Shown here: one piece after another, positions 27,209 through 36,410 of the stretch
Layout of the letters: the number at the start of each line of letters is the position of its first letter
Numbering within the stretch: position 1 is the stretch's first letter
Assembly: GCA_963702845.1 (NCBI GenBank)
Contig: OY969763.1
Coordinates: 5,632,001 to 5,696,000, forward strand
Source of the DNA: an uncultured Verrucomicrobiae bacterium
GTDB lineage: Bacteria > Verrucomicrobiota > Verrucomicrobiia > Limisphaerales > Palsa-1400
Reading direction: 5' to 3'
Length of the DNA stretch: 64,000 nt
Position numbers and translations under genes: made by a program
The notes under the pieces: generated by a model
Told to the model about the DNA's origin: nothing
Database searches by the model: none
The model's input: the letters and a program-made list of their open reading frames with translations, nothing else

Positions 27209-28630
27209 TTACCGGATACGCTCCGCCAACTCCGCGGCTGGGTAAGTCCAGATTTCGGCCAACGTGGGGTGATAGTGCGGCATCGCCGCGAGTTGGTTAA
27301 CCGTCATGCGATTGTGCATCGCAGTGATGATCTCGTGAATTAATTCGCCCGCGACCGGGCCGACGCAAGCACCACCAATGATTTCGCCCGATTCCGGATT
27401 GGCGAGCAGTTTCACGAAGCCGTCTTTAGCATCCATAATCATGGACTTACCGTGATCGCTGAAAGGATAGGACGCGACTACGAATGGCACACCGCGCGCG
27501 CTCGCTTCGCGTTCTGTTAATCCAACGGTAGCAATTTGCGGATCGGTGAAGACCACACTCGTCAGTAAACGATAATCCATCGCGCGCTTGCGTCGCGGAT
27601 AAGCAATGTTGTTGGCCGCTACCTCGCCTTGCTCAATGCCGATGTGGACGATTTCGTAGGGGCCGGAACAATCGCCCGCCGCATATATGTGCGGCGCGCT
27701 GGTTTGCATTTCCAGCGTGGTAACAATGCGGCCGTATTCTGTTTCTACTCCTGAGTTTTCGAGGCCAAGCGAAGCTGTGTTCGGCACGCGGCCGAGCGCA
27801 AATAGAATTTCCTGCGCTGCGACTTTGTGCGTTGAATCGTCGTGCTCGAATTGTATTTGCTTCAATCGCCCACGCCGCGCGGCACTCAGCAAACGGGTAT
27901 TGCTGATGACGCGGACATTTTCACGACGGAAAACTTTTGTGAGCACTTGAGCGGCGTCGATGTCGAAGTCGCGCAACAGATGTTCGCTGCGTTGAATGAC
28001 CGTGACCTCGACATCAAACCGCACAAAAAACTGCGCGAGTTCGACTGCGATCGCTCCACCGCCAAGGACTATGAGTGATTTCGGCGGCTTTTCCAACGAG
28101 AGCGCTTCGTCGCTGGTGAGAAAGCCGACTTCGTTCAGGTGCGGCAGCGGTGATGGCGCAATCGTTGATCCGGTGGTGATGACGAAGTTTTTGGCTGTGA
28201 TCGTCTTCGGAACACGTTGTTTGGATTCGCTTGGCAGGGCGGTGAGTTCCAGCGTGTGTGGGTCCCGAAAACGCGCGAGCGCCCGGATAAAAGTGAATCG
28301 GCCCTTTTCCAACTGCTCGTGCCGGTAGTTCGCGAAATCGGCGATCATCTCGGCTTTGCGCGCCATGACGGCTTTGAAATCGAAACCGATCTTCGGGATT
28401 TTCAGGCCCCAGGTTTTGCCGCTACGCGCAAGATGTAAAACATGCGCTGCGTGCAGCAACGCTTTGCTCGGCATACACCCGCGCAGGATGCAGAGACCGC
28501 CCACTTCCTTGCCGCCTTCGATGACAACGACGCGCAATTTTGCATCAGCCGCGCTGCGTGCCGCGGCGTAACCGGCGCTGCCGCCGCCAATCACCGCGAC
28601 ATCAAAGTCAAATGAACTCGATCGTTTCAT
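27209..28630 (-). CDS. pyridine nucleotide-disulfide oxidoreductase (dihydrolipoyl dehydrogenase / mercuric-reductase-like family)
   Basis: VIGGGSAG FAD site, GGLCILRGCMPSK redox disulfide, IYAAGD, HYHPTLAE. Confidence 0.9.
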   Translation of the reverse strand: MKRSSSFDFDVAVIGGGSAGYAAARSAADAKLRVVVIEGGKEVGGLCILRGCMPSKALLHAAHVLHLARSGKTWGLKIPKIGFDFKAVMARKAEMIADFANYRHEQLEKGRFTFIRALARFRDPHTLELTALPSESKQRVPKTITAKNFVITTGSTIAPSPLPHLNEVGFLTSDEALSLEKPPKSLIVLGGGAIAVELAQFFVRFDVEVTVIQRSEHLLRDFDIDAAQVLTKVFRRENVRVISNTRLLSAARRGRLKQIQFEHDDSTHKVAAQEILFALGRVPNTASLGLENSGVETEYGRIVTTLEMQTSAPHIYAAGDCSGPYEIVHIGIEQGEVAANNIAYPRRKRAMDYRLLTSVVFTDPQIATVGLTEREASARGVPFVVASYPFSDHGKSMIMDAKDGFVKLLANPESGEIIGGACVGPVAGELIHEIITAMHNRMTVNQLAAMPHYHPTLAEIWTYPAAELAERIR

Positions 28631-28676
28631 TCAACTCAACATGCCTCCACATGTGAGTTGTCCAAGTGGAAAAATT

Positions 28677-29687
28677 TTAGGCGGGTTGTTCGCTGAGCCG
28701 TGGCCGGTCGCTAAGCCGTATCGGCAGCTTGGACGAATAAAATAAAACGAGCAGGTTCGCGGCGGTGATCAATCCACCACCGGTCAGCAAGTGCATCGTA
28801 ATTTTTTCATTGGCATATGCAATTCCCGCGAACGCAGAAAAGAGCCCGGGAATGAACAATGCAAAGATGCTCGTGAACAGGGGTTCGCAGCAGTAAATCA
28901 GGCTGGCATGCGTCGCGCAGATATGGCGCTGCCAATAATTCATCAGACCGTAAGCGAGCAGGGTGCACCCGAGCGTTAGGAAGACAATCAGCCCAATCGC
29001 TGGCGGGGAATTGTAACTTACCAGCCACTGGCTTGGATGTCCCCCGGTGACAGCGACTACCGGCAACATGATCAGCGCGATGCTCGCGAACATGATTGTC
29101 GTCGTTGGACCGCTGCGATTCTCCGTATACCTGGGCCGTTCCAGCCAAAGGATCTGGCCGGTGAAAAAGAGCGATGCCAAAATAGATTCCGCTTCACCGC
29201 GACCGAGGGTGAGTTGCGTCCAGTTAAAGTTGGACAGCAAGGCGACTCCGCTCGTCACCATCAAACAGCTCATCACTACAATTTTGGACGGCCAGCAACG
29301 TTTGCGTAGCGCAACGTAGATGGGAATGAAAATGCAATAGCACTGCGTCAGAAATGCGGAGGCCGATGCCGTCGTGTGCAACACGCCATCCATTTGGAAA
29401 AGAATCCCGAGTCCGCCGAACAATCCGAGGACCAACCCCTGCTTGAACTCCAGCCGGGTGATGTTGCGAACGCTGCGTGCACTACAAATCGCCGTTACCA
29501 CTGCGGCAATCCCGAAGCGCAACAGCAACGACATTGCCGATAAAAACCACGTGCTCGCATTCGGAAGAACCTGCCGCTGGCAATCGCTCAGCGATTTCAT
29601 CGCCACGAAACTGGCACCCCAGAAAGCTGTAGCGAAGAACAACAGCGCAACAGCTTTTGCAGATTTTTCCGACTTAACCAAAAACAC
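28677..29687 (-). CDS. DMT/EamA family transporter
   Basis: About 10 TM helices, FWGASF, TTASASAFLT, ASLIYCCEPLF. The start is uncertain (GTG 29687 or ATG 29744). Confidence 0.88.
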   Translation of the reverse strand: MFLVKSEKSAKAVALLFFATAFWGASFVAMKSLSDCQRQVLPNASTWFLSAMSLLLRFGIAAVVTAICSARSVRNITRLEFKQGLVLGLFGGLGILFQMDGVLHTTASASAFLTQCYCIFIPIYVALRKRCWPSKIVVMSCLMVTSGVALLSNFNWTQLTLGRGEAESILASLFFTGQILWLERPRYTENRSGPTTTIMFASIALIMLPVVAVTGGHPSQWLVSYNSPPAIGLIVFLTLGCTLLAYGLMNYWQRHICATHASLIYCCEPLFTSIFALFIPGLFSAFAGIAYANEKITMHLLTGGGLITAANLLVLFYSSKLPIRLSDRPRLSEQPA

Positions 29688-30162
29688 CGGCCAACGATAG
29701 CACAGAATCAGAAACCCACAAATGGAGGCGCTCCTTTTTTGCATGCCGCTTTAGCGGGGCGGCTACCGCACGTTTTTCTTCACCGGAAGCGAAAATTCGA
29801 GGCAATGTTTCAACACTTCAGTTACTGTTTCAGAGCGCTGCATTAATTCGGGCAACGTATAACCGGTTAATTGTTGTTCGATATATCTAGGGCTCCGACG
29901 TGCGGTCCCCGTGGTTTGCCTTTGTATGTGTGTGCATTCGATCTTACTGGTTTCTGCGGCTTTCATACTAGCAATGAATCAGCGTTCCAGCGCTGGCGCT
30001 TTGCGAGAATTGCGAAAATTTTTACCGCAATTGCCTGTTTCGCTTCAGTACAGCAACAAGGCGCGTTTTTTCAAACGCGCCCAGGTCGTTGCCATCTAAG
30101 TTTCCGGCAATGCTCAGTAGGAATGAGCGTTGGTAAGAGCCGGGTTTGCAGCCACCTCCCTG

Positions 30163-30381
30163 TCAGATTTTTTTGAAACGGCGCCCCGTGGAGGTCTGTT
30201 CGGTAGCGAGTTGTTGATCAAAAAGGTCAGACTCTTTTTCAAGTACGGTGGTGATTAGAAATAGTCCGAAGAAAATTGCAGCCATTGGACGGCCGAGGTC
30301 GAGATACATCGAATCACCAGCCGTGAAGCCCAAAACTGCACAAATAAGAGTTAAGATTAAGAAAACGTATTTTGCTCGCAC
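30163..30381 (-). CDS. small membrane protein
   Basis: 72-aa ORF with two hydrophobic helices. Confidence 0.6.
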   Translation of the reverse strand: MRAKYVFLILTLICAVLGFTAGDSMYLDLGRPMAAIFFGLFLITTVLEKESDLFDQQLATEQTSTGRRFKKI

Positions 30382-30465
30382 GTCATCAATGTGGAGCGGA
30401 TGGGCGGCTCGCGCTCACCATTTATTGCCGAATGTCATCCGTATTTTGCCTACCCACCGGATCAA

Positions 30466-30927
30466 CTATTTGCGCCCTATTAAGCGAACAATCTTTAGAT
30501 CGACGGCATTCGCGTTGGTCGCGAGGACCTGAATTTTTGCGGCTTCTTTAGGTTGTATCTCACCCGCGCTGTTTGTCACCCAGCCGACTGGCTTGCCGGC
30601 TTTGTCGAGGACTGCGAGTTGGGCGAACGGAGCGATAGCGCGAGTCCCGACGTTGGTGACGAAAAATGTTCCTGCTAGACCGTCGATTTTGCCAAACAAC
30701 TTAATTGGTGATGGCTTTAGGTCAGCTTCGATCGCCGGCGCTTGAGCGGCAGGTTTGGCGACCGCGGCCGAGGCAGCCGGAGGACCCGGCTTGGTCAAAT
30801 CCGGTCGCGGGGCGGGCGGGATGATGCCTTGTTTGCTCAACGGCTGAAGGGCGCGACGCGCGGTGACCTGCGCCGAGGCTGAAAGGACCAGCGCGAGCAA
30901 AAGAGCAAAAATGATAGGAATCTTCAT
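30466..30927 (-). CDS. secreted hypothetical protein
   Basis: Signal peptide MKIPIIFALLLALVLSASA, Pro/Ala linker, small beta domain. Confidence 0.72.
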   Translation of the reverse strand: MKIPIIFALLLALVLSASAQVTARRALQPLSKQGIIPPAPRPDLTKPGPPAASAAVAKPAAQAPAIEADLKPSPIKLFGKIDGLAGTFFVTNVGTRAIAPFAQLAVLDKAGKPVGWVTNSAGEIQPKEAAKIQVLATNANAVDLKIVRLIGRK

Positions 30928-31169
30928 AGTTCTTATATTCATCCGCAATGGGCCTTGTGACAAGCGTTGGCCAGTACCCGGTAGCAACTCGGATTGAAAG
31001 CATCGTCAGGGTCACTCATATGAGCGATAGACGATTTTGAGCGGTTTTGACACGTTCAGTCTGAACACTACGGAAACTGCATTCAAAGCACCAATCACCG
31101 CGTACGAGTTAACACTAACGGTTAAAAGTTTGATTTGATTGCCCGTTCAACCAAATCCATTCGGATCCT

Positions 31170-34100
31170 ATGAAAAAAAACCTCGCCTCAATAATGTTTT
31201 TGTTTGTGCTTTTTGCGGTATGCAGTGTGGCTACCGCCGCGAGCCCTATGTTCTGGTCGGCTAATGGTTCCACTTTGGGTGGAACTGGCACATGGGACGC
31301 CACAACCGCGAATCGCTTTGGCACGTCGTCCGCTGGCCCGTTTACGTCCGCATGGAATAACGCCAACGGCGATACTGGGGTCCTTGCTGGTAGTCCCGGG
31401 ACGGTTACAATCTCGAGTGTGACTGCCGGTGGTCTCACGATGACGAACTCGACATCCGCCGCGTGGGCTTTTGGAACCACTGGCACGTTGACCCTGTCGG
31501 GGAGCGCTCCGACCGTTTTCCTAGATGGCGCCAACAACAGCAATGCAACAACTAACTCGGTCCAAATGAAGTTTATCATCAGTTGCGCTGGCACGTTTAC
31601 CAAGACTGGTGGCGGCTCGTTGGCTGTAAATAATACAGGCAATACCATTGCAAAGCTGGTGCTAAATGGTGGTTCGATGGTTACAGGAGCTAACACGATA
31701 GGAAGTGATAGTCTCAAGGCAATTATTGGAACGGCCCCAGCGTTGTTGACGACTGATTGTATTATACTAAACGGTGGGGGCATAGGTTACACGGCTGCCG
31801 CTACCATTCCGAACCAGCTGACAGGCACGAATCGTGGAATTACTCTTGGGGCAAACGGCGGTTGGTTTGGGTTTAATCGCTCGGGGTTTGGCGTCACGAT
31901 CGACGGCCCGATCACAGGAGTAGGTGATCTTATTTTCCCAGGCAAGACTGAGTGGCCCGGCCAAGCTCTTGACAGTTCCTCGTCTCTTTTCACAATTGCT
32001 AACACAAACAATAACTATCAGGGGCAGACCCGAATCTCTGCTGGCGAAGTCCGATTGGGCACCAACCAGGTTCTGCCATCCACGACGACGATTAACATCA
32101 ACGACAGCACCAGCTTGGCTGGCACAGGCAAGCTGAACTTATTCGGGTTTACCAATCGCGTTACGAAGGTCATCCTCGATAGCACAGGTGCTTCATCGGT
32201 TATTGACTCCGGCGGCACCGGAGCGAGCCTGGGCCTATACGCGAACGAAGTTGAATTGCGGAACAGCACGGCTGCCCCGGCAGTCAGCGCGACTCTGGCG
32301 GGTAGCGGCACATTGCGCAAGACGACCTCCGGCACGATCTTGATCAGCAGCACCAACACTTACACTGGTGACACTAGCATCGAGGCCGGAACTCTTGTCC
32401 TGACGAACAACGGTACCATTTCCGGGTCGTTCAGCAACAGCGCGAATATCGCTATTTATGCTGGCGCAATCTTGAAGGCCACCAACCGCCTCGACGGAAA
32501 ACTCACCGTCGAATCGGCGCAGAACTTGAACGGTAGCGGAACCGTCCACGGCCCTGTTGTCCTAAAGGGAAATGTTAAACCAGGAACCAACGGATATGTC
32601 GGCACACTGAACGTTGTCGGCGACACGACGTGGAGCGGTGGCTCGAAATACACCTGGGACGTCAACCAGGCGGGCGGCACGGCGGGGACGGATCCCGGAT
32701 GGGACCAGCTCAATATCACCGGCGGGTTGACCATTACAGCAAGTCAAGGCAGCCCGATGACTATTTACGTGACTTCGCGCACGCTTGCGGATGCGCTCGG
32801 ATTGGTCTCTGATTTCAACAATGGCACTCAATACAGTTGGAGCATTGCCAAGACGACGACTGGTATCACCGGCTTCGATACCAACGCGTTTGTGATTGAT
32901 TCCTCCGGCTTCAGCAACCCGCTGGATCCGTCCGGTGTATTCCGCGTTACGACCAATGTGACTGATATTCTCCTGGTCTATACGTTGAGAACTTCCCAGA
33001 GCATTACCTTCAATCCTCTGTCAAATCAGCTTTATGGCGACACGTTCAATCCGGGTGCGACGGCGTCGTCCGGCCTGCCTGTGACTTACTCAATTGTGTC
33101 CGGGCCGGCATCAGTTTCAGGAAACAACGTGACGGTAACGGGCGTGGGCAGTATTACGGTCAGGGCTTCGCAAGCAGGCAACTCTACATATGCGGCTGCG
33201 GCAAACGTTGACCAAACCTTCACTGGTTTGGCTGCACCGCTGACTGTCAGCGCTGCCGCTGTTTCGCGTGCTTACGGTTCGGCCAACCCATCGTTCACGG
33301 CCACCTATACTGGCTTCAAATTGAGCGAGACATTGGGAACAAGTGATGTGACTGGTGCTCCGACATTGGGAACGTCGGCGACTTCCAGCAGTGTGCCGGG
33401 CAACTATCCGGTTACAGTCAGCGCCGGAAGCCTGAGCTCATCCCATTATGCGTTGAGTTACAGCGCTGGAACATTGACCGTCACCCAAGCGGTGTTGACG
33501 GTTACGGCGGATAACCAGACCCGGTCATATAACACAGCCAATCCGACATTTACTTATACGATCATAGGATACGTACTTGGCCAGAACGCCGGTGTCGTCA
33601 GCGGCACGCCAACCCTTAGTACGCCGGCGACCATCGGCAGCAACCCTGGGCAATATTCGATTACAGTCACTCAAAACACCCTGTCGGCGGCCAATTACAC
33701 ATTTGCATTTGTTAGCGGAACACTAACCGTGCAGGGTTTCCCGCTGACTGTGACGGTAGTGAACACCAACCGCGCCTATGGCGATACCAACCCCACATTC
33801 ACGGTCACATACAGTGGTTTCGTTGAGAGCGATAACGCAAGCGTGGTCAGCGGATCGCCGGCGTTTACAACAACGGCCACGAACACAAGCACCGTTGCTG
33901 GCAGCCCCTACACGGTTTCCGCGTCGGTGGGGACACTGACGGCAGCCCGTTATTCGTTTACAACTTTTGTGGATGGACAATTGACCATTACCAAGCGGCC
34001 GTTGACCATTACGGCCAATAACACCTCAAGAGCCTACGGCGCTACGGATCCGACCTTCAGCGCGAGCTATTCCGGTTTTGTTAATAGCGACAATTCGTCT

Positions 34101-36410
34101 GTGGTTCAGGGTGCGCCGCAATTTTCGGCAACGGCCACGGCGACCAGCACCGTCGCGGGTGGTCCCTATGCGATCACACCGTCGCTGGGAACTCTTAACG
34201 CGGACAACTATTCGTTCGGCAGCTTTGTTAATGGGCAGTTGTCGATCACTCAAGCTCCGTTAAGCGTGACGGCTGACAACAAGCTGCGTGTGGTTGGAGT
34301 AGGTAATCCGACGTTCACCGGCGTTATCTCTGGTACTCTAAACGGCGATAGTTTTAGCGCTACCTACAGCACGCCTGCCGACGTAAACAGCCCTATCGGC
34401 ACCTACGCGATTATTCCGGCTTTGGTGGATCCCGACAGCAAAGCTGGCAACTACAACGTCGCCTTGAACAACGGAACGCTGACGGTTACGAATGACCCGG
34501 CGATCACCGGTCAACCGACCAGTCGCACGAATGTCGCTGGCACGACTGCGACTTTCACCGTGATCGCAATCACCGCGACCACAGTACAATACCAATGGCA
34601 GAAAGGCGGCGTGAACCTCGCTAACGGGACGGATTCAGTGTTGACGCTCGCCAACGTTTCTCAGACTGATGCCGCCTCTTACTCGGTTATTGTCAGCAAC
34701 CTGGCCGGTTCAGTCACCAGTTCATCTGCCAAACTGACGGTGATTGATCCGATAATCATCACGTCAGGCCCAGCCAATACAACCGTGCCCTACAACACTC
34801 CCGCAACGTTCACGGTCCAGGTTACTGGCACGTCGCCCAAATATCAGTGGCGCAAAGACGGAAACAACCTGGTCAACGGTGGCAATATCGCTGGAGCAAC
34901 CACAGCCACCTTGAGTCTTACCAACGCAACGTCGGCGGACCTCGGTAACTACAGTGTGGTAGTGACCAATCTAGCCGGCGCGGTAACGAGTGGAACGGCT
35001 GCCCTCAGTCTGTCTGATCCTGGCATCGTCACGCAACCAGCTAGCCGCACCAACAATGTTGGCGATAACGCGTTCTTTTCAGTCAGTGCCGGAGGGGCCA
35101 CGGCTCTGGGTTACCAATGGAAATTCAACGGCAACAACATCGCTGATGCCACAAATTCTGCTCTTAATATAGCTGTGAGTGACAGCAGTAACGCGGGATC
35201 GTATTCGGTTGTGGTCACTGACGGCAACGGCAGCGCCACCAGTTCGGACGCGTTGCTTTCGGTGTTTTTCCCGACTCGGACAAAAATCGCGCAATTTAAT
35301 TTCAATAGCACGTCACCGGACGGCAACGTAGCAACCGGTGCGACGACTCCTTCGATTGGCTCATTCACGCAGACGATTGTCGGAACAGCCACCGCCAATG
35401 GTTTTAACACGGGGTCGACGTCGGATCCGAATATCTCAGACAATTCAAGCCGTCGCTGGAATGGTTTTCCGGCAACTGCGCCGAATAAGACGACCGGCTT
35501 GAAGTACGCGATCAACACGATGGGCTATAAGAACATTGCGTTCACCTGCGAATTATGGGTGACGACGCGTAGCTCGGCTTATTGGCGCGCCCAATGCAGC
35601 GTTGACAATGGGACCAATTGGATCGATCGCGGAGTCATTAACAGATTAAATGCCGGTGGCTTCGTCTATTTCGGCGACGATTTGACTTCGGTCTCCGGGG
35701 CACCAAACAATACGAACCTCCTCTACCAGATCGTGGCGGAGTATGAATCCACCGCTACCGGGAGTGGCACAAATGCTTATGTGTCAGTTGACCCGACCTC
35801 AACGTTCACCCCCACCAGCTCTCTGTTCGGTATGGACCTGCCGACGTTCTTGGCAGACGTCTATTCCCCGCCGGTCGTGCAGTCCTCGCCGACGAGTCAG
35901 ACCGTGACCGCCGGCGACACTGCGATTTTCAGTGCATCCGCTTCGGGCCTCGGAGTTACGGTTGTCTGGAAGAAAGATGGTAATAGCATCGGCACCGGAT
36001 CGGTATCGACGTCGGGCGGTGTGACCACCGCTACGTTGACCCTCGAGAATGTTCACGTTGGCGACGCGGGTGCTTACCTGGCGAGCTTCAGCAATTCAGA
36101 TGCTTCCGGCGTTAACAGCAGTTCGGCCACGCTCACCATCACGCCAGCGTCGCTCACGATCACTTCGGACAGCACGGGCAAAGTTTATGGCGATGCCAAT
36201 CCTACCTTCACCGGCAGTGTTTTGGGTCTGCTTTCTGGAGACAGCATTTCAGTGTCTTACGTAACTGTGGCGGATGCCTCCACTGCGGTTGGCTCGTACA
36301 GACATCACCCAAACGATCGACGACCCCAATGGAGTTTTAGCCAACTACTCGGTAACGACGAACAATGGGTCGCTTACCATTACTTCGGCTCCTCTGTCGG
36401 TCACCGCTGA
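31170..36410 (+). CDS. giant secreted protein, 5' part: autotransporter-associated beta-strand repeats (beta-helix), MBG-like domains, Ig domains, jelly-roll domain; frameshifts into 36274-38823
   Basis: Signal peptide; NTYTGDTSIEAGTL repeats; LTVTADNxxRxYGxxNPTFT (MBG) repeats; ITxQPxSxT...YQW Ig units. The last ~37 aa are out-of-frame sequence. Confidence 0.85.
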   Translation: MKKNLASIMFLFVLFAVCSVATAASPMFWSANGSTLGGTGTWDATTANRFGTSSAGPFTSAWNNANGDTGVLAGSPGTVTISSVTAGGLTMTNSTSAAWAFGTTGTLTLSGSAPTVFLDGANNSNATTNSVQMKFIISCAGTFTKTGGGSLAVNNTGNTIAKLVLNGGSMVTGANTIGSDSLKAIIGTAPALLTTDCIILNGGGIGYTAAATIPNQLTGTNRGITLGANGGWFGFNRSGFGVTIDGPITGVGDLIFPGKTEWPGQALDSSSSLFTIANTNNNYQGQTRISAGEVRLGTNQVLPSTTTININDSTSLAGTGKLNLFGFTNRVTKVILDSTGASSVIDSGGTGASLGLYANEVELRNSTAAPAVSATLAGSGTLRKTTSGTILISSTNTYTGDTSIEAGTLVLTNNGTISGSFSNSANIAIYAGAILKATNRLDGKLTVESAQNLNGSGTVHGPVVLKGNVKPGTNGYVGTLNVVGDTTWSGGSKYTWDVNQAGGTAGTDPGWDQLNITGGLTITASQGSPMTIYVTSRTLADALGLVSDFNNGTQYSWSIAKTTTGITGFDTNAFVIDSSGFSNPLDPSGVFRVTTNVTDILLVYTLRTSQSITFNPLSNQLYGDTFNPGATASSGLPVTYSIVSGPASVSGNNVTVTGVGSITVRASQAGNSTYAAAANVDQTFTGLAAPLTVSAAAVSRAYGSANPSFTATYTGFKLSETLGTSDVTGAPTLGTSATSSSVPGNYPVTVSAGSLSSSHYALSYSAGTLTVTQAVLTVTADNQTRSYNTANPTFTYTIIGYVLGQNAGVVSGTPTLSTPATIGSNPGQYSITVTQNTLSAANYTFAFVSGTLTVQGFPLTVTVVNTNRAYGDTNPTFTVTYSGFVESDNASVVSGSPAFTTTATNTSTVAGSPYTVSASVGTLTAARYSFTTFVDGQLTITKRPLTITANNTSRAYGATDPTFSASYSGFVNSDNSSVVQGAPQFSATATATSTVAGGPYAITPSLGTLNADNYSFGSFVNGQLSITQAPLSVTADNKLRVVGVGNPTFTGVISGTLNGDSFSATYSTPADVNSPIGTYAIIPALVDPDSKAGNYNVALNNGTLTVTNDPAITGQPTSRTNVAGTTATFTVIAITATTVQYQWQKGGVNLANGTDSVLTLANVSQTDAASYSVIVSNLAGSVTSSSAKLTVIDPIIITSGPANTTVPYNTPATFTVQVTGTSPKYQWRKDGNNLVNGGNIAGATTATLSLTNATSADLGNYSVVVTNLAGAVTSGTAALSLSDPGIVTQPASRTNNVGDNAFFSVSAGGATALGYQWKFNGNNIADATNSALNIAVSDSSNAGSYSVVVTDGNGSATSSDALLSVFFPTRTKIAQFNFNSTSPDGNVATGATTPSIGSFTQTIVGTATANGFNTGSTSDPNISDNSSRRWNGFPATAPNKTTGLKYAINTMGYKNIAFTCELWVTTRSSAYWRAQCSVDNGTNWIDRGVINRLNAGGFVYFGDDLTSVSGAPNNTNLLYQIVAEYESTATGSGTNAYVSVDPTSTFTPTSSLFGMDLPTFLADVYSPPVVQSSPTSQTVTAGDTAIFSASASGLGVTVVWKKDGNSIGTGSVSTSGGVTTATLTLENVHVGDAGAYLASFSNSDASGVNSSSATLTITPASLTITSDSTGKVYGDANPTFTGSVLGLLSGDSISVSYVTVADASTAVGSYRHHPNDRRPQWSFSQLLGNDEQWVAYHYFGSSVGHR

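Noticed and set aside
27209..28630. Mercuric reductase (merA)
   Set aside because: It lacks the C-terminal Cys pair and has no mer operon context.
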